Of a DNA stretch of 64,000 bases, positions 21,531-30,439 are shown one piece after another. The DNA lies in assembly GCA_041946805.1 (NCBI GenBank), contig JBHGBC010000004.1, forward strand, positions 32,001-96,000, written 5' to 3'. The first letter of the stretch is position 1. Each line of letters opens with the position of its first letter. The position numbers and the translations under genes are program-made. Under the pieces are notes generated by a model that saw only the letters and a list, made by a program, of their open reading frames with translations, did no database searches and was not told the origin of the DNA. Source of the stretch: a bacterium. GTDB taxonomy: Bacteria; Hinthialibacterota; Hinthialibacteria; Hinthialibacterales; Hinthialibacteraceae.

Positions 21531-23432
21531 TCAAAATCCCGCTTTTTTGTCCACCACATTGAGCAACGCCTCGCCCGCGGCGAAGCGCCGGACATTCTCC
21601 CGCAGCAGATGCCAGGCCAAGCGGTCGGTTTCATACGCGCGGGCTGACATGTGCGGCGTGATGATCACGTTCTTGAGCGACCATAACGGATGCCCTTCCG
21701 GCAGCGGCTCGGGATCGGTCACGTCCATCGCCGCCCCCGCCAGCCGGTTGGCGCGGAGAGCGTCCACCAGCGCGCCGGTGTCGATCACCTCGCCCCGGCT
21801 GATGTTGACGAGATAGGCGGAAGGCTTCATCATGGCCAGCCGCTCCGTGTTGAAATAGCGTTGCGTGGCCGGCGTCAGGGGCACGCAGCACACCACGAAA
21901 TCCGCCTGGGGCAGCAGGGCTTCCATTTCGCCGGGCGGAACGATGCGTTGGACACCGGCGGGGCGTTCGCCGGGCTTGGGATCGATGGCGATGATCCGCA
22001 TCCCAAAGCCCGCGGCGCGGCGGGCCACCTCCCGGCCGATGCCCCCGAAGCCCCAGATCAGCAGCGTCTTCTCTTCCAGGGTAAACGGCGGACGGTTGCG
22101 GACATGAATCCATTTCCCTTGGAGTTGCTGCTCGTATTGATCCGCCAGCCCCTTGCTGAACATCAACATGAAACCGAGCACCTGGTCGGCGATGGCGGCG
22201 GCCGACATCCCCCGGCTGTTGGTCATCACCACCGGGCTGTCGACAAGTTCCGGAAAAAGATACTCCTCCACCCCCACCGTGCGGATATGCACCCAGCGCA
22301 ACCGGGGCGCGGCCCGGAACATGGCCGGCGTGACCGGCCCGATCACCGCGTCCACGCCTTCCATGTGTTTCAAGGCTTCCTCTTCCGATCGCGCCTCGAC
22401 GATCTCCACTCCCGGCGCGACGAGCCGCAATCCCGGCAATTGGCCTTCGAACAGCCCTTGCGCCAGAATCTTGCGCGGGGGCGTCCAGCCCGGCGAGTCC
22501 CGGGTGGGGGACGGCCCCGCCCGCAGTTCCAGGCCCGCCAGGGTGAATGGCATGATCAAGCCGGTCAATTCCTTGTAAATGTGGTGGACCGCTTCTCTAT
22601 ACAACGGTAGATCGGATTCAGGCAGCGGTTTCCCGGATTGAATCCGCTCCTCGATTTGGAGAAGGGATAATTTATTCTTCAATCCCTCCTGGACCTGGGC
22701 GCGCAGGCCGGTCCAAAAATCCTTCTGCGCGCGCAACAACTCGTTCCCGCCGGATTCACCCCGGCCGGGACATACGATCCGCGCCCCCAATTGCTCCAGC
22801 ACGGTGAGCACGTCGAGCCATTTCGCGGTATAGGTCATATCCGACACACTGGGGATTCCATTCACGCACAAGCCGCCCGTGAAGAGAATCTGCTCGCGGG
22901 GCAGCCAGGCCACGGCGCCGCCGCGCGTGAGGCCCGGACCGAAATGCAGCAGTTCCACCCGGCGGGCCCCCTCCTCGATCACCAGGCGGTCATCGAACAG
23001 CCAGACCGGACCTTTCCGGTTTTGCTCGGCCGTGTTCAGACCGGACTCCTTGGAACGTATTGAGGAAGGCGCTTCATCCAAATCCTGGCGTTGACATATC
23101 CGCGTGGCGCCCTCCGCCGCGAAAGGCGAATCGTCCCATGATTCATCCCAGCCGGATTGGGTATGGAACACATATCGAACCGGTTTGGGTGAGATGGAAC
23201 GGATTTCATCCAAGACAGTCCGCGCCGCGATGGAGGCGCCGGATTCGATCACGAGGATGAACGATTCAAATTCCACCCAGCCCAGGTTGCCGCCCTCCCG
23301 CGCGACGTGAAAATGCACGCCGGGCGCGATTTCCGTCGCGGAAAAGGACGACAGGGGATCCGCCGACCAGAGGATCAACAACACCGGAACAACACGGAAG
23401 AGGAGTATCGCGGAAATAATGTATCGGGTCAT
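21531..23432 (-). CDS. fusion: signal peptide + degenerate metallo-beta-lactamase fold + D-2-hydroxyacid dehydrogenase
   Basis: N-terminal MBL-like strands (NLGWVEF..LVIESG..PVRYVFHT..ILFTGGL..CPGRG); C-terminal GFGGIG, NISRG, DVTDPEPLP, ITPH. Confidence 0.85.
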   Translation of the reverse strand: MTRYIISAILLFRVVPVLLILWSADPLSSFSATEIAPGVHFHVAREGGNLGWVEFESFILVIESGASIAARTVLDEIRSISPKPVRYVFHTQSGWDESWDDSPFAAEGATRICQRQDLDEAPSSIRSKESGLNTAEQNRKGPVWLFDDRLVIEEGARRVELLHFGPGLTRGGAVAWLPREQILFTGGLCVNGIPSVSDMTYTAKWLDVLTVLEQLGARIVCPGRGESGGNELLRAQKDFWTGLRAQVQEGLKNKLSLLQIEERIQSGKPLPESDLPLYREAVHHIYKELTGLIMPFTLAGLELRAGPSPTRDSPGWTPPRKILAQGLFEGQLPGLRLVAPGVEIVEARSEEEALKHMEGVDAVIGPVTPAMFRAAPRLRWVHIRTVGVEEYLFPELVDSPVVMTNSRGMSAAAIADQVLGFMLMFSKGLADQYEQQLQGKWIHVRNRPPFTLEEKTLLIWGFGGIGREVARRAAGFGMRIIAIDPKPGERPAGVQRIVPPGEMEALLPQADFVVCCVPLTPATQRYFNTERLAMMKPSAYLVNISRGEVIDTGALVDALRANRLAGAAMDVTDPEPLPEGHPLWSLKNVIITPHMSARAYETDRLAWHLLRENVRRFAAGEALLNVVDKKAGF

Positions 23433-23747
23433 GGGAAACCTTTCGTGAAGTGGATAAAAGAGTCATTGCTTGGAGATTACCATGGATTATCCGGCCTGAA
23501 ATGCCCAGGGCTGAAGCCCGGGGCTAGTTTAAAGGGTTTCCTGAAGGGGTTTCCAATCATTGTTGAGCTAAGGTTAATTCGATATTTGGGAGATGTTTGT
23601 GAAACGAAAGGCTTTCCCTCACCCTGGCCCTCTCCCCAAGGGAGAGGGGAAACAGAATTGATGGAGATGGGCATTATCACACGGCTTTTCTCCATAAAAT
23701 CCGTGTTCTTTTCGTGCCCTACGTAACTCAATCCGCGCCCGTCACCT

Positions 23748-23790
23748 TCATCCCGGTCATCCTGGTCATCCTGGCCATCCTGATTCAGAC
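23748..23790 (-). repeat. 9-bp tandem repeat (CAGGATGAC) with GTCTGAAT leader
   Basis: Reverse complement reads gtctgaat caggatggc caggatgac caggatgac cgggatga. Confidence 0.8.
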
Positions 23791-23887
23791 GTATTGAACC
23801 ACGAAGCACACAGGTTTAATTCCTCTTCCCTTATCCCTTATACTCAAAGCCAGAATGAATCCATACAACGAAACCACGAGGGATCTC

Positions 23888-26197
23888 ATGACGAATTGTC
23901 AACGTATTTACTCTCTCGGAACCTTCCTTGTTCTACTTGCCCTGCTTGCACCCACAGGCCCGGCGGAGGAATCCCTCCCCATGGGCAGCGCGCCCGCGCC
24001 CATGGCCTTCGAGCATTTCCCCAGCCGCCTGCATGCCTTCGTCTGGCGTAACTGGCCGCTGGTCGAAGCGGAGCGCCTGGCCCAGGTTCTCGAAACCACG
24101 CCGGAGCAGGTCCGCGCCTTGGCCGAATCCATGGGACTGCCGGAGCAGCATCCCATCACGGGGAAGGACAGGGACCGCATCTACATCACCCTGATCCGCC
24201 GCAACTGGCACCTTCTGCCTTACGAACAACTGTTGGCATTGCTGGATATGTCGAGCGAGAAGTTGGCCTATATTCTGCGCGAGGATGACTTTCTGTACGT
24301 GAAACTCGGGAACTTGAAGCCGAAATGCGACCGGTTGGTGTTCGCGCCGCCCAGCGAAGCAGAACAGAAACGGTGTGCGGAAATCAAGCGGACCGTCCAG
24401 GACCTGTTCGGCCGGGAATTGCAAAATCCCGAGGTCAAACGCTTTCAATTCGTCGAGGAACTCAGCCGCCCCGACCCGGATTTCAAACTGGATACCACGG
24501 CCGCGAAACGCTTCTCGCCCCGTTATATCTATTCGTATTTCGCCCTCTATGGCGATCCGCTGATGACGCCCGAGCTCGATCCCTACCCGGACGGCCTGCT
24601 GCAAAAATTGGCCGCGCGGGGCGTCGATGGCGTGTGGATGCACACCGTGTTGCGCCAGCTGGCTCCCGGCGGCCCGTTTCCCGAATTCGGCCGGGATCAC
24701 GAAATCCGGATCCAGAACCTGCGGGAGTTAGCGAAAAAGGCCCGGAAAAACGGCCTGGGGATTTATCTCTACATGAACGAGCCGCGGGCCATGCCGGCGG
24801 ATTTCTTCAAGAACCGGGAAGCGATCCGGGGCGTGCGGGAGGGGGACTATTGCACGATGTGCACCAGCGCCCCCACGGTGCGGCAATGGATCAGTGATTC
24901 GTTGGCCTTTGTGTTCGAGCAAGTTCCGGAGCTGGCGGGAGTGTTCACGATCAGCGGTTCGGAAAATCTGACGCATTGCGCCTCGCACGGCCGTTCGGAT
25001 CAATGCCCGCGCTGTAAAAACCGCACCCCGGCGGAAATCACCGCCGAAGCCAACGTCCTCGTCGAGGAAGGCGTCCACCGCGGCAACCCCGACGCCCAGG
25101 TGATCGTCTGGGATTGGGGCTGGAACGACAATTGGGTGGAGGAGGCGATCCAAAAACTCCCCAAATCCGTGCTGTTCATGTCGGTCAGCGAATGGGCGAA
25201 GCCCATCGAGCGGGGCGGGATCCAGACCACGGTGGGCGAGTATTCCCTCTCCGCCGTCGGTCCGGGTCCAAGAGCAGTCAAGCATTGGGCCGCCGCCCGC
25301 CGGGCCGGCCTCAAAACCATGGCCAAGCTGCAGATCAACTGCACTTGGGAACTCTCTTCCCTGCCCTACCTGCCGGTCATGGACCTAGTGGCCGAGCATT
25401 GCCAAAACCTTCTGACACAGCAGGTGGACGGCTGCCAACTCAGCTGGTCGCTCGGCGGGTATCCCTCGCCCAACCAGGAACTGGTTCATCTCTTTGACCA
25501 AACCCCGCCGCCGGATAAAAACGCAGCGCTTGACACGCTGGCCCTGTCCGGCTACGGTCCCGAGGGCGCGCCGCCGGCCCGGCAAGCGTGGACGAAATTC
25601 AGCCGCGCGTTTCAGGAATATCCCTACAACGGCGCGGTGGTTTACAACGCCCCGGTGCAGCTGGGACCGGCGAATTTGCTCTATCCCGCTCCCACCGGTT
25701 ACGCCGCCACCATGGTGGGGATTCCCTACGACGACGTGAAAGGCTGGCGCGGGCCGTATCCCGCGGACATCTTCGCGGATCAATTCGCCAAGGTGGCCCG
25801 GGGCTGGGCGGAGGGACTCGGCGATCTGGAACAGGCCATGAATAAGGCGCCCAAGGATAAGCAAGCCGAAGCCCAGGCGCAGTTGCGCTACGCCTCCGCC
25901 GCGCGGATGTATTTTTCCTCGGTGGCCAACCAGATCCGATTCACCACGCTCCGCGACACCTGGCTGGACAAGAATCAATCGCTGCCGGAGGGAAAACGCC
26001 AGGAAATGCGGGAAGCGATGCGAAAAATCCTGCGGGATGAAATCCAACTCGCAAAAGATCTGTTTATCTTAACCCGCCAGGATTCCTGCATCGGCTTCGA
26101 GGCCTCCAACCACTATTTCTATGTCCCAGTGGATTTGATGGAAAAGGCCATCAATTGCCATCACATCCTGGATCATGTGGATGAGTTGTATAAATGA
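23888..26197 (+). CDS. large exported hypothetical protein (possible glycoside hydrolase-like TIM barrel)
   Basis: Signal peptide; GVDGVWM, YLYMNEPR, Cys cluster HCASH..CPRC, VIVWDWGW; family not confidently recognised. Confidence 0.8.
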   Translation: MTNCQRIYSLGTFLVLLALLAPTGPAEESLPMGSAPAPMAFEHFPSRLHAFVWRNWPLVEAERLAQVLETTPEQVRALAESMGLPEQHPITGKDRDRIYITLIRRNWHLLPYEQLLALLDMSSEKLAYILREDDFLYVKLGNLKPKCDRLVFAPPSEAEQKRCAEIKRTVQDLFGRELQNPEVKRFQFVEELSRPDPDFKLDTTAAKRFSPRYIYSYFALYGDPLMTPELDPYPDGLLQKLAARGVDGVWMHTVLRQLAPGGPFPEFGRDHEIRIQNLRELAKKARKNGLGIYLYMNEPRAMPADFFKNREAIRGVREGDYCTMCTSAPTVRQWISDSLAFVFEQVPELAGVFTISGSENLTHCASHGRSDQCPRCKNRTPAEITAEANVLVEEGVHRGNPDAQVIVWDWGWNDNWVEEAIQKLPKSVLFMSVSEWAKPIERGGIQTTVGEYSLSAVGPGPRAVKHWAAARRAGLKTMAKLQINCTWELSSLPYLPVMDLVAEHCQNLLTQQVDGCQLSWSLGGYPSPNQELVHLFDQTPPPDKNAALDTLALSGYGPEGAPPARQAWTKFSRAFQEYPYNGAVVYNAPVQLGPANLLYPAPTGYAATMVGIPYDDVKGWRGPYPADIFADQFAKVARGWAEGLGDLEQAMNKAPKDKQAEAQAQLRYASAARMYFSSVANQIRFTTLRDTWLDKNQSLPEGKRQEMREAMRKILRDEIQLAKDLFILTRQDSCIGFEASNHYFYVPVDLMEKAINCHHILDHVDELYK

Positions 26198-26252
26198 TTC
26201 CTCTGAACTAAAAAATAAAATATTCATGACATAGATGGGGAGGATTCAAACC

Positions 26253-27407
26253 ATGCGGAATCCAAACTGCATTTCGTTTTTCCTGGCGCTTATCTTCGTG
26301 ACCGGCTGTCTGTCTGGAAAATCCCTTGCGTCCGAAAATGCTGTTTACAGCCCCGCGGACCTGGCCGGGACCTGGCAGGTGAATTCCCTCGCGTCCGGAC
26401 CCGGCGCGCCCTGGTGGGAATACGGCCCGCTAGTGATGGCCGCCGATGGATCCTATCAGGGCGCCCTGGTGGAATATCCCAACCAAGCCGACCCCGTGGA
26501 GGGGCAATTCCAGATCGCTCCGGACGGGATCGTGACTTGGGCCGGCAAGCCACTGGATCCACGGGAAAATGGATTCGGGCGCGGCCACATGACACTGGAT
26601 AAAAACCTGATCGTCATGATCGCCACCTGGTCATCCGCTTCTCCGGGCACCACGCAGATGATCTTGTTCACCCGGCAGGGAGCCGATTACCAGTCGCCGG
26701 ACTTGACCGGAACCTGGCAGGTGAATTCCCTCGCGTCCGGACCCGGCGCTCCCTGGTGGGAATACGGACCGCTGACGATGGCGGCCGACGGCTCCTTCCA
26801 AGCCACGCTCGAGGAATACCGCAGCGAGCCCGATCAAATCGAAGGCCGCATCCAGATCGGCGCCAGCGGCATCGTGACGGCGGCCGGCGCGCCGTTGGAT
26901 CCTCAACTGAGCGGCCTGGGGCGCGGACACATGAGCGCGGACAAAAACCTGATCGTCATGTTGGCCACGTGGACCAGCGATCTCCCCGGCACCACGGAGA
27001 TGAGGGTATTGACCCGGCAGGGCAATACGTATCAATCAACGGACCTGGCCGGATCCTGGCAGGTGCACGCGCTCGCGTCCGGGCTTGGCGCGCCCTGGTG
27101 GGAATACGGCCCGCTGACGATGTCGGAGGATGGGACTTTCCAAGGCTCGCTCATCACGAACCGTGGAGAATCGGACGAAGTGGAAGGGCGGTTTCAGATC
27201 GACGCGAACGGAATTGTGACGGGATCGGGAATCCCGTTGGATCCCCAGTTGAACGATATGGGCCGTGGACACATGGCTCGTAACAAGAACGTGATTGTCA
27301 TGCTGGCCACGTGGGCCACCGGATCACCCGGCACGGCCGAACTCCGTATTCTGACCCGCTCCGCCGCTTCCACGTCCCTCATCAGCGACTGGATGCTGAA
27401 TGAATAA
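26253..27407 (+). CDS. exported protein with three tandem 114-aa beta-rich repeats
   Basis: GGAGG RBS, signal peptide, DL(A/T)G(T/S)WQV..GAPWWEYGPL repeated at an exact 342-nt period. Confidence 0.9.
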   Translation: MRNPNCISFFLALIFVTGCLSGKSLASENAVYSPADLAGTWQVNSLASGPGAPWWEYGPLVMAADGSYQGALVEYPNQADPVEGQFQIAPDGIVTWAGKPLDPRENGFGRGHMTLDKNLIVMIATWSSASPGTTQMILFTRQGADYQSPDLTGTWQVNSLASGPGAPWWEYGPLTMAADGSFQATLEEYRSEPDQIEGRIQIGASGIVTAAGAPLDPQLSGLGRGHMSADKNLIVMLATWTSDLPGTTEMRVLTRQGNTYQSTDLAGSWQVHALASGLGAPWWEYGPLTMSEDGTFQGSLITNRGESDEVEGRFQIDANGIVTGSGIPLDPQLNDMGRGHMARNKNVIVMLATWATGSPGTAELRILTRSAASTSLISDWMLNE

Positions 27408-27755
27408 CACAGCACCTCGGGGATGCTTTGGGGATGGATTGGCGCGCAGGACGAAATCCTTCCATGATTCACCCTCCTGGATACAATTCCCACACCGCCG
27501 CGTGGGAGGGAAAAGCAGCCGTTTCGAGATCATGATCCATGGGCAACAAAAGGATGCATCGGCCATTCTTCGATGTGATCCCTTTCAATATGGGGATAAT
27601 GGAGCCGTGTTCTAGGCCTTCTTGATTCCATAGGGCTTTTTCACTCAGAACTCCTACATAGTTTTTTCCATAAGTGCCTTGTTATAAATGCCATGTAATG
27701 ACTCCTCCTATATAATTTCCAGCAGAAGAAAGAAACGCAAAATTCAAAAAAGTAT

Positions 27756-27965
27756 GGTTCATCCGGCCAGTGCGTACCTGCTAGTGAAAAAGATCTTTCA
27801 TCCACTCGCTAATCCGGGTGGACACCAAGGTCCGCCCCTACCATATTTCCCTCACCCTGGCCCTCTCCCGGAGGGAGAGAGGATCAGGGGATTGATTACC
27901 CCGGCCAACCCGACTGAACAGCAGCCGGACATGCTTAAAAAAAGAACGCACTTGCCGGATGAACC
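27756..27965 (+). mobile_element. MITE-like element, copy B
   Basis: GGTTCATCCGGCCAGTGCGT ... ACGCACTTGCCGGATGAACC inverted ends; colinear with copy D. Confidence 0.8.
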
Positions 27966-27992
27966 AAAAGAATTAAGGAATTCAGAGTAAAA

Positions 27993-28925
27993 TCATATCG
28001 ACGGGGCGCCGGCGGGGTCCAGGAGGATGATGTCCTGGATGCGGCCGTGGTGGATGTCGATCAGGCGCTCGGCTTCTTCCCGGCTGACCTGGTTGAAGTG
28101 CATGACCAGCGCCGTCTTGACCCGGCCGCCGGCTCGTTCGATCAACACGCCGGCCTCATCGTAAGTCAATCCCGTCAACTGCGTAATGATCCGCCGGGAC
28201 CGGTCCTCGAGCTTGTTGCACGTGGCGTTCAGATCGACCATGAGATTCTGAAACACCTTGCCGATCCGGATCATGGCGGTGGTGGTCAGCATGTTGAGGA
28301 CCATCTTGGTGGCGGTGCCCGCCTTCATGCGGGTGGACCCGGTGACGATTTCCGGCCCCACCAGGAGGGTGATGATGACATCGGCTTCCGGAATCGTGTC
28401 CGGATCGGGGGTGCAGGTGATGAAGACGGTCTTCGCCCCGCGCGCGTGGGCCTCCTTCAAGGCCCCCACTACAAAGGGCGTGGTGCTGGAGGCGGCGATG
28501 CCCGTGACCACGTCTTTTTCGGACACGCCGCGTGCCCGTATTTCCTTCGCCCCCTCCCCGGGAAAATCCTCGGCCTTCTCGATCGACTTGCGCAAGGCGT
28601 CCCAGCCGCCCGAGATGATGCCCTGCACCATCTCCGGATCGGTCCCGAACGTCGGGGGGCATTCGGAAGCGTCGAGAACCCCGAGGCGGCCGCTGGTCCC
28701 CGCCCCCACATAGAACAACCGCCCTCCCTGTTGGAAGGCCTTCACGATGAGTTCCACGGCCTCCTCAATATGGCCCAATTCGGGCCCGACAGCCTGGAGG
28801 GCCCGGGCGTCCTCGGAATGAATCAGTTCGAGAATTTCCCGGGTGGACATCCGGTCGACGCCCAGGGACCGGGGATTGCGTTGTTCGGTAAGCAGCGAGG
28901 CCATTTTGGCCGGATCGATTATCAT
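27993..28925 (-). CDS. murQ: N-acetylmuramic acid 6-phosphate etherase
   Basis: LTEQRNP, GAGTSGRLGVLDASECPPTFG, GPEIVTGSTRMKAGTATKMVLNM. Confidence 0.97.
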   Translation of the reverse strand: MIIDPAKMASLLTEQRNPRSLGVDRMSTREILELIHSEDARALQAVGPELGHIEEAVELIVKAFQQGGRLFYVGAGTSGRLGVLDASECPPTFGTDPEMVQGIISGGWDALRKSIEKAEDFPGEGAKEIRARGVSEKDVVTGIAASSTTPFVVGALKEAHARGAKTVFITCTPDPDTIPEADVIITLLVGPEIVTGSTRMKAGTATKMVLNMLTTTAMIRIGKVFQNLMVDLNATCNKLEDRSRRIITQLTGLTYDEAGVLIERAGGRVKTALVMHFNQVSREEAERLIDIHHGRIQDIILLDPAGAPSI

Positions 28926-30439
28926 CCAATTTCCTCGACGATTTGTTCGAAATGCAGCTCGGAGCTGGAGAGGATCTTGAACTCGGCGTTATAGCGATCT
29001 TGCAAGACCTTCATCCGGTTCGTGTATTCCTGATTGATTTTCTCCGCCAGGCGGGGGTGCACGCGCAACACCACGTTTTTGGCTCCCTCCTCGCGGCAGA
29101 TTTCCTCGAAGGTGCGGAAAATCTTGATTATCATCGAATCCACGGAGAGGATGTGCCCCTCCCGCTTGCAATACGGGCAGGGCTGGGTGATGGACTTGTT
29201 GAAACTTTTCCGCACCCGCTTGCGGGTCATCTGCAGCAGGCCCAGTTCCGTCAGCGGATACAGATGAATGCGGGAGCGGTCTTTTTTGAGTTGTTCATGG
29301 AAATGGCGGATCATTTCCTCTTGATGCTCCTTGGACCGCATGTCGATGAAGTCGATGAGAATGATCCCGCCGATGTCCCGGAGGCGGATCTGGCGGGCGA
29401 TTTCGGTCGCGGCTTCCAGGTTGGTCTTGAACACCGTTTCTTCCAGGTTGTATTTGCCGATGTAGCGGCCGGTGTTGACGTCGATGACCGTCATGGCCTC
29501 GGTCTCGTCGATGACGATATATCCGCCGGAATGCAGCCAGATCTTCCGCGTGCGCAGGCTGTTGATGAAGGTTTCCATGCCGTAGGCGCGGAAAATGGAG
29601 GCGGCGTCGTCATACAACGTGATCTGGTGGACCGACTTGGGAAACTGGACCTTGACGAAATCCACGATTTCCGAATAGAGGGAGGGATCGTCAACAACAA
29701 TTTCCTCGATCCCGTCGCTGATCAGGTCCTGGATCAGCAAAAAAACCATGCTCGGATTTTCGTAAAGGAGGGAGGGCGCGGGGCTGGTTTCCCGCTTGAC
29801 CTTGATCCGTTCCCATTCGTTTTGGAGATGGGCCAAATCCTCGCGGAAGGCCTTTTCGTCCAGGTCTTTGCCGGCGGTGCGGATGATGGCGCCCATATTG
29901 TCGGGAAGCAACTGGGTGACGATCTGTTTGAGACGCTCCCGCTCGGTCTCGTCGACGATGCGCCGGGAGACGCCTACGTGCCGGGTGCACGGCAACAGCA
30001 CCACGTAGCGGCCGGGCAGGGAGATGTTGGTGGTGACCCGGCTGCCCTTGGCCCCGATCGGTTCCTTGTAGAGCTGGATGAGAATCTGCTGCCCTTCCTT
30101 GAGCAGGTCGCGGATGGAGACGGGCGGCAGTTCCATGGATTTGATCACCTGGGCTTCCCCGTTGTCCTCGGTGTCGTTCACTTCATCCGCGAGGAAGTCG
30201 AAATCCTGGACATCCGGCAGAAGATCATTGACATAGAGAAACGCGTTCCGGGGCAGGCCGATATCGATGAACGCGGCGTCGATCCCCGGCGTGATGGAAG
30301 TGACAACTCCCTTGTAGATATTGCCGATGATCCGCTCTTCGTTTCTCCGTTCGAAAAAATACTCCGCCAGTTTGGAGTTTTCGATGACGGCGATTCGGAT
30401 TTCGTAATCATCCGCGCTGACTAAAATTCGGCGTTGCAT
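28922..30439 (-). CDS. rng: ribonuclease G/E family
   Basis: GNIYKG, AAFIDIG, S1 domain, IDVNTG, RLRDIGGIILIDFIDM, CPYC; no long RNase E scaffold. Confidence 0.93.
   Translation of the reverse strand: MQRRILVSADDYEIRIAVIENSKLAEYFFERRNEERIIGNIYKGVVTSITPGIDAAFIDIGLPRNAFLYVNDLLPDVQDFDFLADEVNDTEDNGEAQVIKSMELPPVSIRDLLKEGQQILIQLYKEPIGAKGSRVTTNISLPGRYVVLLPCTRHVGVSRRIVDETERERLKQIVTQLLPDNMGAIIRTAGKDLDEKAFREDLAHLQNEWERIKVKRETSPAPSLLYENPSMVFLLIQDLISDGIEEIVVDDPSLYSEIVDFVKVQFPKSVHQITLYDDAASIFRAYGMETFINSLRTRKIWLHSGGYIVIDETEAMTVIDVNTGRYIGKYNLEETVFKTNLEAATEIARQIRLRDIGGIILIDFIDMRSKEHQEEMIRHFHEQLKKDRSRIHLYPLTELGLLQMTRKRVRKSFNKSITQPCPYCKREGHILSVDSMIIKIFRTFEEICREEGAKNVVLRVHPRLAEKINQEYTNRMKVLQDRYNAEFKILSSSELHFEQIVEEIG

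Noticed and set aside
26350..27360. DGR template/variable repeats or CRISPR-like DNA repeats
   Set aside because: The repeats are in-frame protein domains, differences are not adenine-specific, and no reverse transcriptase is present.
27688..27990. Small ORFs containing PHPGPLPEGE / PSPWPSP peptides (also 6622, 23307, 33051, 47688)
   Set aside because: Translations of the dispersed DNA repeat, not credible proteins.
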